From: Terrimicrobiaceae bacterium
GTDB lineage: Bacteria; Verrucomicrobiota; Verrucomicrobiia; Chthoniobacterales; Terrimicrobiaceae
Reading direction: 5' to 3'
Assembly: GCA_044342325.1 (NCBI GenBank)
Contig: JBIIPZ010000008.1
Location: 1-64,000, forward strand
Length of the DNA stretch: 64,000 nt
The position numbers and the translations under genes were made by a program. Numbering within the stretch: position 1 is the first letter of the stretch; the number at the start of each line of letters is the position of its first letter. Shown here in pieces: positions 9,018 to 18,232 of the stretch. The notes under the pieces are model-generated. The model had not been told where the DNA came from. It saw only the letters and a program-made list of their open reading frames with translations, and did no database searches.

Positions 9018-11302
9018 AAATCTACCCCTGCAATTTGAACCTCGGTTTCAAGATGGATGCCGCGTGTTCGCTCAGCGGCAGTCTGGATTTCTTTGATCAG
9101 GGTCAGGACATCCGAAGAGGTTGCTCCTCCGTCGTTCACGATGAAATTCCCGTGAATTTCGGAAACGCGGGCGCCGCCGACGGAGAAATTTTTAAGTCCA
9201 AGTTCCTCGATGAGTTTGCCTGCAGGAATCGCGGATGGGTTTTTGAAAATGCATCCTGCGCTGGCCGCTACGGGTTGGCTGGAGCGGCGCTTGGCGACGG
9301 ACTCTGCGATCGTGGCATCGATTTCGCTCTGTGTGCCGGGTGTTCCAGCAATAACGGCTGAGAGCGCGTAGTTTGTCCGCAGCATGGGAACACTACGGTA
9401 GTGAATTTCCATTTCGTCAGGGGTCCGGGTGAAGATGTTTCCATCCTGATCGCAGAAGCGAACCTTCACGACTTGATCGAATGTTTGGATGCCCATGGCT
9501 CCGGCATTCATTCGCAAGCCGCCACCGAGGTTGCCCGGTATTCCTTCCATCCACTCAAATCCCGCAATATTTGCCGTTCGCGCCAGTGCGCTGAGTTGCT
9601 TGAATTTTACGCCCACACCCGCGGTGATCTCTGTTCCATTCACTTCGTGCCGTTGGAAGTCGCCGCGCGCGAGGTGCGCCACCACGCCGGGGATGCCGCC
9701 ATCGCGCACAAGAAGGTTCGAGCCGCGACCCATGACCATGAGAGGGATGTTTTCGTCAAAGCAGTGCCTAACGAGGTCTGCGAAGCCCTCTTCACTGTCG
9801 GGCTCAACCCAGAACTGGGCCGGTCCACCGATGCGCATCGTGGTGTGTTTGGAAAGGGGCTCGTAAAGTTTGATTCGGCCCTGCCCCATCACGCTCTGGA
9901 GGGTGTCGCGCATTTTCAGATCTTGCGCGAGGCGCTGGCCCGCCTCGTGGATATTTCCGGCGCCGAGGCTGAGGATCAGGTCGCCATCCTCCGTCACGGA
10001 GGCGGCTGCTTCATGAATTCGGGAAATCTCGGGCACATGGGTGGCGGATGCATGCCCGGCGGCGACCATGGCATCGACAATCGTCTGTCCGGAAATGCCG
10101 GGGATCGGTTTCTCGCTCGCGGGGTAGATGTCGGAAACAAAAACATGGTCCGCCAGCGCAAAAGCTTTGCCAAATTCGTCCTTCAGAACCTGGGTGCGCG
10201 TGTAGCGGTGGGGTTGAAACATCGCAATCACCCGTCCGTGTCCGCCGGTTCGAGCGGTGGCGAGTGTGGCAGCGATTTCCGTGGGGTGGTGCCCGTAGTC
10301 GTCAACTATGGTCTGGCGGGGCGATTCATGAATGATTTCGAAGCGGCGCTTGGCCCCACGGAAGCTCTCGAGTGCGCTGACGATGGAGTCGAAGGGCTGT
10401 CCGATTTCGCTGGCCAGCGCAATTGTGGCGAGGGCGTTTACCGCATTGTGGGCACCCGGGATGTTCAGCACGACTTCGCCGAGTGTCTTTCCGTCCTTGC
10501 TGACGCTGAAGCGAGATTTGAAGTTTTCTGTAGTGAGGTTTGTGATGCGATAGCGAGACTCGGCCCCGAGTCCGTAGGAAATGGCATGGGCGTGTGATGC
10601 GCAGACGCGTCGCGCTCCGTCGTCATCCGCGCAGTAGAAAACCTTGCCGGATGTTTGGTTGATGAGGCGTTTGTAAACGGCATCGATTGCAGCGAGATCC
10701 TTGTAAAAATCGAGATGCTCCGGCTCGATGTTGAGCACGATGGCGTGCTCGGGGTGGTAGTTAATGAGTGTTCCGTCGCTCTCATCGCCCTCGGCGACAA
10801 ACCACTCGCCTTCGGAGTCCCAACGTGCGTTTGTTCCCAGAATCGGAATTTCCGCGCCCACATAGTGACAAGGCTTGAAGCCCCCGGCGCGGAGGACATG
10901 GGCCGTCATGGCGGAAGTGGTCGTTTTGCCGTGCATGCCGCAGACCACGATGCCTTTCTTCGAGTCCATGATCGCAGCCAGTGCGTCGGCGCGGCGTGCG
11001 AGGGGCAGCCCCAAGCGCACGGCTTCATCGTATGCGGGATTCCCTGCTTTAATCGCGGAGGAGTAAATCACCACATCCGCGCCGCTCACGCACTCCGAGG
11101 AGTGTGGGCAATGAAATACGAGGCCTTTTTTAATCAAGCGTTCGACCTCGGTTGTGTGAACCTTGTCGGACCCGCTCACTTTGTGTCCGAGTCCAAGCAG
11201 CAGCGCGGCGATACCGCTCATGCCGGAGCCCGCGACTCCGATCAGGTGGATATGCTTTGGCGTTGGCGCAGTGAGTGACTGGCGTAGCTCGGCGGCTGTC
11301 AT
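9014..11302 (-). CDS. murC/murB: Bifunctional MurC-MurB fusion (UDP-MurNAc--L-Ala ligase plus UDP-N-acetylenolpyruvoylglucosamine reductase)
   Basis: N-terminal GVAGSGMS, GMHGKTTTS, EGDESD, DDYGHHPTEI (MurC); C-terminal HTTMRIGGPA, GRGSNLL, GIPG.LGG...MNAGA, SAGCIFKNP, HGNFIVN (MurB); one 762-aa frame. Confidence 0.95.
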   Translation of the reverse strand: MTAAELRQSLTAPTPKHIHLIGVAGSGMSGIAALLLGLGHKVSGSDKVHTTEVERLIKKGLVFHCPHSSECVSGADVVIYSSAIKAGNPAYDEAVRLGLPLARRADALAAIMDSKKGIVVCGMHGKTTTSAMTAHVLRAGGFKPCHYVGAEIPILGTNARWDSEGEWFVAEGDESDGTLINYHPEHAIVLNIEPEHLDFYKDLAAIDAVYKRLINQTSGKVFYCADDDGARRVCASHAHAISYGLGAESRYRITNLTTENFKSRFSVSKDGKTLGEVVLNIPGAHNAVNALATIALASEIGQPFDSIVSALESFRGAKRRFEIIHESPRQTIVDDYGHHPTEIAATLATARTGGHGRVIAMFQPHRYTRTQVLKDEFGKAFALADHVFVSDIYPASEKPIPGISGQTIVDAMVAAGHASATHVPEISRIHEAAASVTEDGDLILSLGAGNIHEAGQRLAQDLKMRDTLQSVMGQGRIKLYEPLSKHTTMRIGGPAQFWVEPDSEEGFADLVRHCFDENIPLMVMGRGSNLLVRDGGIPGVVAHLARGDFQRHEVNGTEITAGVGVKFKQLSALARTANIAGFEWMEGIPGNLGGGLRMNAGAMGIQTFDQVVKVRFCDQDGNIFTRTPDEMEIHYRSVPMLRTNYALSAVIAGTPGTQSEIDATIAESVAKRRSSQPVAASAGCIFKNPSAIPAGKLIEELGLKNFSVGGARVSEIHGNFIVNDGGATSSDVLTLIKEIQTAAERTRGIHLETEVQIAGVDL

Positions 11303-12417
11303 TTCACGCCCTCCCTCACGGCGCGTTCCATGACATCGGCCACATTTTTTGCGGCTGATTCCGGCGTGAGTTTTTTCGCTGCTGCGGCCATCGTGGCACG
11401 GCGCTTTGGATCGTTTAAAAGATTTGAAATCTTGGCGGCGAAGACTTCTGGAACGATTTCCTTTTCTTCTACCATCACGGATGCCCCTGCTCTTACATAA
11501 ATTTCCCCGTTTGCCTTCTGGTGATCATCCGTCGCGTGAGGGTAGGGGATCAGGATGGCGGGCAGGCCGAATTTGGACAGCTCGCTGAGGCTTGATGCTC
11601 CGGCTCGTGAAATGACCAGATCCGCTGCCGAGTAGGCCTCCTCCATGCGGTGATGGAATGGGGCGACATAGTGAGGAATTTCATCGCGCTGGTAGTTCGC
11701 GGCGGCCAGTCGATCGTCGTTTTTGCCCGTGAGGTGAATGATCTGGATGCCGGACTGCGCGAGGAGTGGTGCTGTGCGGAAGAGAACCTGGTTGATGCCT
11801 GTTGCGCCCTGGCTGCCGCCAGTCACGAGTAGCGTGGGGCGTGCGGGATCGAGGCCGAAAACTTTCATGGCTTCGCTTCTATCCATCGGTTGCCCCAGAT
11901 TTTTTCGCACTGGCGTGCCGGTGACAATGCAGTCCGCTCCAGGGAACCGCTGCCGGCAATCTTCGAAGCCAAGAAGAACGCGGGATGCAAACCTCGCCGC
12001 CAAGCGGTTGGCACGGCCGGGAATTGCATTGGACTCGTGGATAAAGCAGGGCAAGCCTTGCATGCGCGCGGCGAGGATCGGCGCGGTGGATGTGAAGCCA
12101 CCCATGCCCAGAACCACGGCCGGACGGTATTTCCGATAAATCGCACGACATTGGCGGTAGCTATCCCAGCAGCGGCGCAGGAATCCTACGAATGCGGGCG
12201 ACAGAAGCATCGCAGGCATCCCGACCGAGGGGAGTTTTTCAGCCCGGAACTGCGGATGCGCTTTGAGTGCGATGGCATCGATTTCCTTTTCCGATACAAA
12301 AAGCAGAACCTCATGACCGCGTTCGTGAAGGGACTCCGCGACCGCAAGACCGGGGAAGAGGTGCCCACCTGTGCCGCCACAGGCAATGATGGCTCGAAAT
12401 GGTTTTTGGTCGGTCAT
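11299..12417 (-). CDS. murG: Undecaprenyldiphospho-muramoylpentapeptide beta-N-acetylglucosaminyltransferase
   Basis: GGTGGHLFPG, HESNAIPGRAN, GGSQGA, RAGASS, DDHQKAN. Confidence 0.97.
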   Translation of the reverse strand: MTDQKPFRAIIACGGTGGHLFPGLAVAESLHERGHEVLLFVSEKEIDAIALKAHPQFRAEKLPSVGMPAMLLSPAFVGFLRRCWDSYRQCRAIYRKYRPAVVLGMGGFTSTAPILAARMQGLPCFIHESNAIPGRANRLAARFASRVLLGFEDCRQRFPGADCIVTGTPVRKNLGQPMDRSEAMKVFGLDPARPTLLVTGGSQGATGINQVLFRTAPLLAQSGIQIIHLTGKNDDRLAAANYQRDEIPHYVAPFHHRMEEAYSAADLVISRAGASSLSELSKFGLPAILIPYPHATDDHQKANGEIYVRAGASVMVEEKEIVPEVFAAKISNLLNDPKRRATMAAAAKKLTPESAAKNVADVMERAVREGVK

Positions 12418-13556
12418 ATGCGTGGCTCGAAATGTGGACGCGTGAGGGCGGGAGCGAAATGCGAGACGAGGGGTCGTCCCTGGCGGTGGATGTTTACAAG
12501 CAGGCCGATGAGAAACAGGCAGACGACCATGTTGGAGCCGCCATAGCTGATGAACGGGAGCGGCATGCCCTTGTTTGGCAGAAGCGAAGTGGTCACTCCG
12601 ATATTCACGCAGGCCTGAAGGGTGATCATGATCACGGCTCCGATTCCGAGGAGTCGGCCGACATCATCTTTTGCATTTGATGCGACCAGAGAGCCGCAGA
12701 GGCAGATGAGCAGATAGGCGAGCACGGTCAGGAGGGTCGCATAAAGGCCGAGCTCCTCGCCGATCATCGGGAAAATGAAATCGGTATGCGCGTAGGGCAG
12801 ATAGAGCATTTTTTGGCGTCCCTCGCCGAGCCCGAGGCCATCCACTCCACCGGATCCGAATGCGATGAGTGCCTGCCATTGCTGGAGTCCCTCGCCGAGG
12901 CTGTATTTTTCAGGATGTAGGAATGCCAGTAGTCGTCCTTGGCGTTCCGACACATTCATTGCCACGACAAAGATGCCGCCGAGTCCGCAGCATATCAGTG
13001 TTCCAAGCCAGCGCAGTGCAGCTCCGGCGATGAAAAGGACGGCTACAGCGGTTCCTCCGATGAGTGCTGTGTTGCCGATATCCACTTCAAGAACGATCAG
13101 TCCCATGAGGATGCTGAGGATTCCGATGGGGTAGGCGAGTCCGGTGGTGAAGGCGGAGAAACTGATGTCCTTCCGAGAGAACCACCAGGCCAGGAAGAAA
13201 ATCGAGGCGATCTTGGCGAGTTCGCTGGGCTGCACAACACCAAAGCCGAGATTGATCCAGCGTGAGGATCCATTAATTCGCAGACCAATAGGCGGGATGA
13301 AGCAGAGGACCAGAAGAAGTGCGGCGGCAGCAAAGAAAGCCCACCAGTATTTGATCCAGAAATGGTAGTCCACAAAGGATGCCACCATCGCGACAACAAG
13401 TCCGACGCAGAGCCACATGCCTTGGCGTTTTACGAAGAAATACATGTCTGATTTGCTTTCCTCCGCAAACGCGCTTGTGCTGAAAAGCATCACCAACCCG
13501 AGGGCGATGAGACCTGCTACGGACAAGGTCAGGACATAGATGGCGTTTCTGTGCAT
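12414..13556 (-). CDS. ftsW: Peptidoglycan glycosyltransferase FtsW (SEDS family)
   Basis: Multi-TM protein with NGSSRWI, QPSELAK, LPYAHTDFIF, PFISYGGS. Confidence 0.95.
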   Translation of the reverse strand: MHRNAIYVLTLSVAGLIALGLVMLFSTSAFAEESKSDMYFFVKRQGMWLCVGLVVAMVASFVDYHFWIKYWWAFFAAAALLLVLCFIPPIGLRINGSSRWINLGFGVVQPSELAKIASIFFLAWWFSRKDISFSAFTTGLAYPIGILSILMGLIVLEVDIGNTALIGGTAVAVLFIAGAALRWLGTLICCGLGGIFVVAMNVSERQGRLLAFLHPEKYSLGEGLQQWQALIAFGSGGVDGLGLGEGRQKMLYLPYAHTDFIFPMIGEELGLYATLLTVLAYLLICLCGSLVASNAKDDVGRLLGIGAVIMITLQACVNIGVTTSLLPNKGMPLPFISYGGSNMVVCLFLIGLLVNIHRQGRPLVSHFAPALTRPHFEPRI

Positions 13557-13593
13557 TTGGTGGACTTGGTGACCGCTTCGAACTTTTCTGGAA

Positions 13594-14385
13594 TTATGGG
13601 ATGAGCAATTTTTGGCCGATTTTCAGCTTCTTTGGGTCGTCGATGTTGTTTGCCTTCATCAAGGCCGCTTGGGTGATGTTGAATTTTTTAGCCAGTGAGT
13701 AGGGATTATCTCCTTTGGCGACGACATAGCTTTTCTCTTCGGTGGTTTGTGGTTTTTCCAATGGCTGTGCTTCGGCTTTTTCCTGCACGGCCGCAGGCTT
13801 GACCGGCGGGGCTTTTGCAACAACTGCGGGCGTCGACGCAGCCTTGGCTGTGGACTCCACGGCTTGTGCCGGCGGGGCGGCGGCTTTGGCGGAAGATCCA
13901 ATGACCAGCGTTTGTCCAACTTTGATAATGGATGTGCTGGTGAGGTTGTTCGCCTTTTCGAGTGACTCGATGCTGGTTTTGAATTTCGAAGCGATGCGTT
14001 TCAGCGTATCACCTGCCACCACGGTGTAGGTGGTCTGCGACTCCTGCGATTTTGCAGGCGTTGGAGTTTCCGCTTTTGCAACGGTCTCGGCTTTCTTTTC
14101 AGTCACAGCAGCGGGCGCTGCGGCTTCGGGGGTCTCTGCTTTCGCGGCGGCCGGGCGTGCCGGTTTCTCCTTCAGTTGGTTGAACCCATAGATGCCCGCG
14201 ACAGCAACGACATGGAGAACAAGGACAACAATAAAAGCCTGAGAGAGCTTCATGCTTGGCTCCGACTCGCTTTCATATTCCTCCACCTCCTCACGGCTCG
14301 AAGCCGCCCGGGCGTGCATTGTTTTTCTTGGAACCAATCGCCGTGCGGGACGGCGCGGTGCAGTGGTGTTTTTTTTGAACATCAT
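13594..14385 (-). CDS. Membrane-anchored protein with two LysM domains
   Basis: One TM helix (AFIVVLVLHVVAVAGIYGF) and two LysM repeats (YTVVAGDTL..., YVVAKGDNP...) separated by Ala/Pro/Lys linkers; ATGA overlap with the murD stop. Confidence 0.88.
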   Translation of the reverse strand: MMFKKNTTAPRRPARRLVPRKTMHARAASSREEVEEYESESEPSMKLSQAFIVVLVLHVVAVAGIYGFNQLKEKPARPAAAKAETPEAAAPAAVTEKKAETVAKAETPTPAKSQESQTTYTVVAGDTLKRIASKFKTSIESLEKANNLTSTSIIKVGQTLVIGSSAKAAAPPAQAVESTAKAASTPAVVAKAPPVKPAAVQEKAEAQPLEKPQTTEEKSYVVAKGDNPYSLAKKFNITQAALMKANNIDDPKKLKIGQKLLIP

Positions 14386-15719
14386 GGTGTGTTGGATGGA
14401 TTGTTTTTGAGGTTTTGAACGAGAGTTTTGAAAATGTTTCCACGCTCCCCGTAGTTGCGGAACATGTCGTAGGACGAAGTGCCGGGGGAAAAGAGGACGA
14501 CATCCCCGGCCTGTGCAAGCGATTGGGCCTTGTTCACGGCCTCTTCCAAGCTTCCTGTCGTGTGGCAATCCGTGTCTTTCCAGGATGAGGCAATGCGGTC
14601 TTTCATCTCTCCAATGAGCACGGCGGCGCGGACTTTTTCGCGGACGAGAGCGGCATTGTCGTCGAATTCCACTCCTTTGTCCTTTCCTCCTGCGATGAGG
14701 ATGATTGGCCGATCCTGCGAGAGGATCGCCTTTTCCATGGCATCGAGGTTCGTGGCCTTGGAATCGTTGATCCAGCGAACTCCCTCCAGATCGCGCACGA
14801 ATTCGCAGCGATGAACGGGCGGGGTGTGGTCTGCTATCGCCTGAACAAGATCGTCGAGATCGAGATTCAACCCGAGCCCCATCCCAAGTGCGGCCATGAT
14901 GTTTTCCGCATTGTGAACGCCGGGCAGGAGTGTGTCTGATTGATCAAGTAGATGCCTGCCTTGGAAGAAAATCTTACGGCCCCGGAGTGTGAAGTCTGCT
15001 TCGGGCAGTGTCGCGCTGAAGGTGATTTTCTTCGCCGGAAGTGGCGGTAGATCGGCCAATGCGTTCACCACGATCATGTCATCGGCCGTTTGGTTCTCGA
15101 AAATCCTGAGCTTTGCCGCGCGGTATTCCTCCACGCCCGGGTAGCGGTCCAAGTGGTTCGGACTGAGGTTTAGCCAAGCGGCTACTTTCGGACGAAAGGT
15201 GCGGATTGTTTCGAGTTGGAAGGAACTCACCTCAAGAATCATCACATCGAGCTCGTGGCTGTGGCGGACGGCTCGAGCAAAAGGAAGACCGATATTCCCG
15301 CTGGCCATGGTTCGGACTCCGCAGCCTGTAAGAATCTTTTCCGTGAGTTCGGTTGTGGTGGTTTTCCCGTTTGTCCCTGTGATCGCTACCACCGGGCAGG
15401 TGCATTCTTGAAAGGCGAGTTCGAGTTCCCCGATGAGCGGGATGTTTTTTTTGACCACATTCCGCACGAGCGGGACTCCGGGATCGATCCCTGGGCTTAG
15501 CACGGCGAGGTCGTAGAGCCAGGGATCTTCATCAGCCGCGCGGCCGAGGAGAATGCGGATGCCTTTGGTCTCCATTTGAGCGGCTTTTTCACGAGCGGTC
15601 GGAGTATCCGAGGATTCGCAAATGGTCACTTCGGCACCCTCTTCCAGCAGCAAAGCAGCTGCGGCCTCGCCACTGTGGCCGAGACCGAGAACAACTGATT
15701 TTTTGCCGCTGTAGATCAT
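14382..15719 (-). CDS. murD: UDP-N-acetylmuramoyl-L-alanine--D-glutamate ligase
   Basis: GLGHSG, SPGI, ITGTNGKTTTT, EVSSFQLE, NDSKATN, SPGTSSYDMFRNY. Confidence 0.97.
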   Translation of the reverse strand: MIYSGKKSVVLGLGHSGEAAAALLLEEGAEVTICESSDTPTAREKAAQMETKGIRILLGRAADEDPWLYDLAVLSPGIDPGVPLVRNVVKKNIPLIGELELAFQECTCPVVAITGTNGKTTTTELTEKILTGCGVRTMASGNIGLPFARAVRHSHELDVMILEVSSFQLETIRTFRPKVAAWLNLSPNHLDRYPGVEEYRAAKLRIFENQTADDMIVVNALADLPPLPAKKITFSATLPEADFTLRGRKIFFQGRHLLDQSDTLLPGVHNAENIMAALGMGLGLNLDLDDLVQAIADHTPPVHRCEFVRDLEGVRWINDSKATNLDAMEKAILSQDRPIILIAGGKDKGVEFDDNAALVREKVRAAVLIGEMKDRIASSWKDTDCHTTGSLEEAVNKAQSLAQAGDVVLFSPGTSSYDMFRNYGERGNIFKTLVQNLKNNPSNTP

Positions 15720-15720
15720 T

Positions 15721-16851
15721 TCAACGCAGTTTCAATGTGGCGAGACCCAGGAGGGCAAAGAGCACCGAGAGAATCCAAAAACGGACGATGACGGTGTTTT
15801 CCTTCCACCCGCTGAGTTCGAAGTGGTGGTGAATGGGGGACATTTTGAAAATCCGGCGGCCAGTCGTTTTGAAGCTCGCGACCTGAAGAATCACGGACAT
15901 CGCTTCCATCACAAAAACCCCGCCGACAATTACAAGCAGGAGTTCCTGTTTGCAGCAGATCGCCACGGCTCCCAGCATTCCGCCGATCGCCAATGAGCCT
16001 GTATCTCCCATGAAGACGCGCGCCGGATGGGCATTCCACCAGAGAAAACCGAGGCAGGCGCCGAGCAGTGCGACGCAGAGGACTGCCAACTCCCCGGCAT
16101 AGGGGACGAATGGGACCTGAAGGTAGGTTGCAGTTTTGATGTTGCCAGCCACGTAGACCAGCACTGCGTAGGTTGCCGCCACGGTCGCGGTGCACCCGGT
16201 TGCGAGTCCGTCGAGCCCGTCCGTGAGGTTCACGGCGTTGGATGTGCCCACGATGACGAGGAGGTAGAAAATAAAAGTGAGAACCCCCATGCCGAGGAGG
16301 AGCGGTTCCTTGAGGAACGGTATGAAGAGCTGTTGTGCAGTTGCTGACAGTTTTGGATTTGTGAGGAAAAAGAGGGTGAAAATGCCGGCCAAGAGGCATT
16401 GAAGCGTAAACTTGAGGCGGCTGCTGATGCCGTCCGAGCTTTTCTTCGTAACCTTCAGCCAATCGTCGTAAAAACCGATGCCACCGAGGAAAACCGCGCT
16501 GAATAGCACCAGCCACACGAAAGGGTTCTCGGGTTTTGCCCAGAGCAGGGTTGAAATCACAATCGAACCAATCAGCAGGATGCCGCCCATGGTCGGGGTT
16601 CCTTTTTTCGATCCGTGGAGTTCGTGGAGTTTGTGGACCTCTGCTGCGGTGCGGATCGGTTGGCCAAACTTCAGGGAGATAAGTTTGCGAATCACGAAAT
16701 TTCCAAAAATCACACTGATGAGAAACGCCGTGATGCCCGCGCAGATGGCCCGGAATGTGATATAGGAAAAAACATTCAGTGCCTTGAGGAGGTCATTGCT
16801 GATGCCTTGTTTGGCGGCCCAGTCACTCAGTTCGGATAGGTAGTAGAGCAT
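15721..16851 (-). CDS. mraY: Phospho-N-acetylmuramoyl-pentapeptide transferase
   Basis: KKGTPTMGG, NAVNLTDGLDGLA, FMGDTGS, PIHHHFE. Confidence 0.98.
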   Translation of the reverse strand: MLYYLSELSDWAAKQGISNDLLKALNVFSYITFRAICAGITAFLISVIFGNFVIRKLISLKFGQPIRTAAEVHKLHELHGSKKGTPTMGGILLIGSIVISTLLWAKPENPFVWLVLFSAVFLGGIGFYDDWLKVTKKSSDGISSRLKFTLQCLLAGIFTLFFLTNPKLSATAQQLFIPFLKEPLLLGMGVLTFIFYLLVIVGTSNAVNLTDGLDGLATGCTATVAATYAVLVYVAGNIKTATYLQVPFVPYAGELAVLCVALLGACLGFLWWNAHPARVFMGDTGSLAIGGMLGAVAICCKQELLLVIVGGVFVMEAMSVILQVASFKTTGRRIFKMSPIHHHFELSGWKENTVIVRFWILSVLFALLGLATLKLR

Positions 16852-18230
16852 CAGTTTTGGAGTTTTTGAAAAAGGGTTTCCATTCGTGCGGAGCGACTGC
16901 CTTTGACGAGGACGAGATCCCCTGGGCGGGCGAGTTGATCGAGAATTCTGGCAGCGGCAGAGGTGTCTTCGACCTCATGGATGCGGCTAAATCCAAGTTC
17001 CCGTGATGTTGCCGAGATGTGACGGGCTTCCTGGCCCACGGTCACCAGGATGTCGGCATACTTCACGGTGGCGCAGCCGACGCGCGAATATCCCTCGGCG
17101 GCATAGTCGCCGAGTTCCCCCATTTTACCGAGGACGGCAATGCGGCGACCCATGCAGGGAGTGAAGCGCAACGTGCTCAACGCGGCTTCCATGGAATCGG
17201 GGTTCGCGTTGTAGGTGTCATCGAGGAATGTGACTCCTTTGTGCACGCGTTGCTCCAGTCGGCCACCAGCCAGTTCTGTGCGGGCAAGTCCTTTCACGGC
17301 GGCTTCCAGCGGGATGCCCAATTCCAGTCCGGCTGCAATGGCCATGAGCGCATTCTGGACCATGTGCAGTCCTTGAACGGGAATGGATGCTGTGGCGGTG
17401 AGTGTTTGCTCTGCGGAGTGGAGGACCACTGTGAAGGTGCTCCCTGTGGAGGTCGGGATGATTTCCGTGGCTGTCAGGTTGCCGTTTTTCAGGCCTGTGC
17501 GGATGACCTTTCCCCGGCAGCTTGCGGCGATTGAATCGGTTTTGTCGTCGTCCGAAGAGAGAATCACGCTTCCAGTTGCTGGAACAGCCTCTGCCAGCAT
17601 GCCTTTTTCCAGGGCAATGGCATCACGGGTCTTCATGTATTCGATATGCGCTGTGCCGATATTCGTGATGATCGCGCAGTCTGGCTTGATCAGTGCCGCT
17701 AGCGGGGCGATTTCCCCCGGATGGTTCATGCCGACCTCCCAGACCGCCGCCTTGTCGCTCGCACTTGCGGCAAGAATGGAAAGTGGAACGCCGATGTGGT
17801 TGTTTAGGTTGCCTTGGGTTTTGACCACTTTGAATTTGCTACCCAGCACGGCGGCAGCGAATTCCTTGGTGCTGGTTTTGCCGCTGCTGCCGGTGATGCC
17901 CAGAACCTTCAGATGGAGCTTTGCGCGCCATGCGACAGCCAGATTCGTAAGGGCGGTGAGGCTGTTTTCGGCAAGAAGGACGGGAGCCGATGCGGAAAGT
18001 TTTTGAGCTTCATCGGGGGAATCCAACAGCACGGCGGCTGCTCCCTTTTCGATTGCCTCCGAGGCGAAGGCATTGCCATCGAAGTTCTCTCCGTGCAGGC
18101 CGATGTAGAGGTCTCCCGGACGGATTGTGCGGGTGTCCTTGTTGATATTCGAAATCGTGATGCCGGTCGCATCGCCCAGCAACTTGGCGCCGGCCATGGA
18201 CGCAATTTCGAGGAGCGGAGTTTTGTCCAT
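16851..18230 (-). CDS. murF: UDP-N-acetylmuramoyl-tripeptide--D-alanyl-D-alanine ligase
   Basis: ITGSSGKTSTKE, NLNNHIGVP, DDTYNANPDSM, VKGSR. Confidence 0.96.
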   Translation of the reverse strand: MDKTPLLEIASMAGAKLLGDATGITISNINKDTRTIRPGDLYIGLHGENFDGNAFASEAIEKGAAAVLLDSPDEAQKLSASAPVLLAENSLTALTNLAVAWRAKLHLKVLGITGSSGKTSTKEFAAAVLGSKFKVVKTQGNLNNHIGVPLSILAASASDKAAVWEVGMNHPGEIAPLAALIKPDCAIITNIGTAHIEYMKTRDAIALEKGMLAEAVPATGSVILSSDDDKTDSIAASCRGKVIRTGLKNGNLTATEIIPTSTGSTFTVVLHSAEQTLTATASIPVQGLHMVQNALMAIAAGLELGIPLEAAVKGLARTELAGGRLEQRVHKGVTFLDDTYNANPDSMEAALSTLRFTPCMGRRIAVLGKMGELGDYAAEGYSRVGCATVKYADILVTVGQEARHISATSRELGFSRIHEVEDTSAAARILDQLARPGDLVLVKGSRSARMETLFQKLQN

Positions 18231-18232
18231 TT

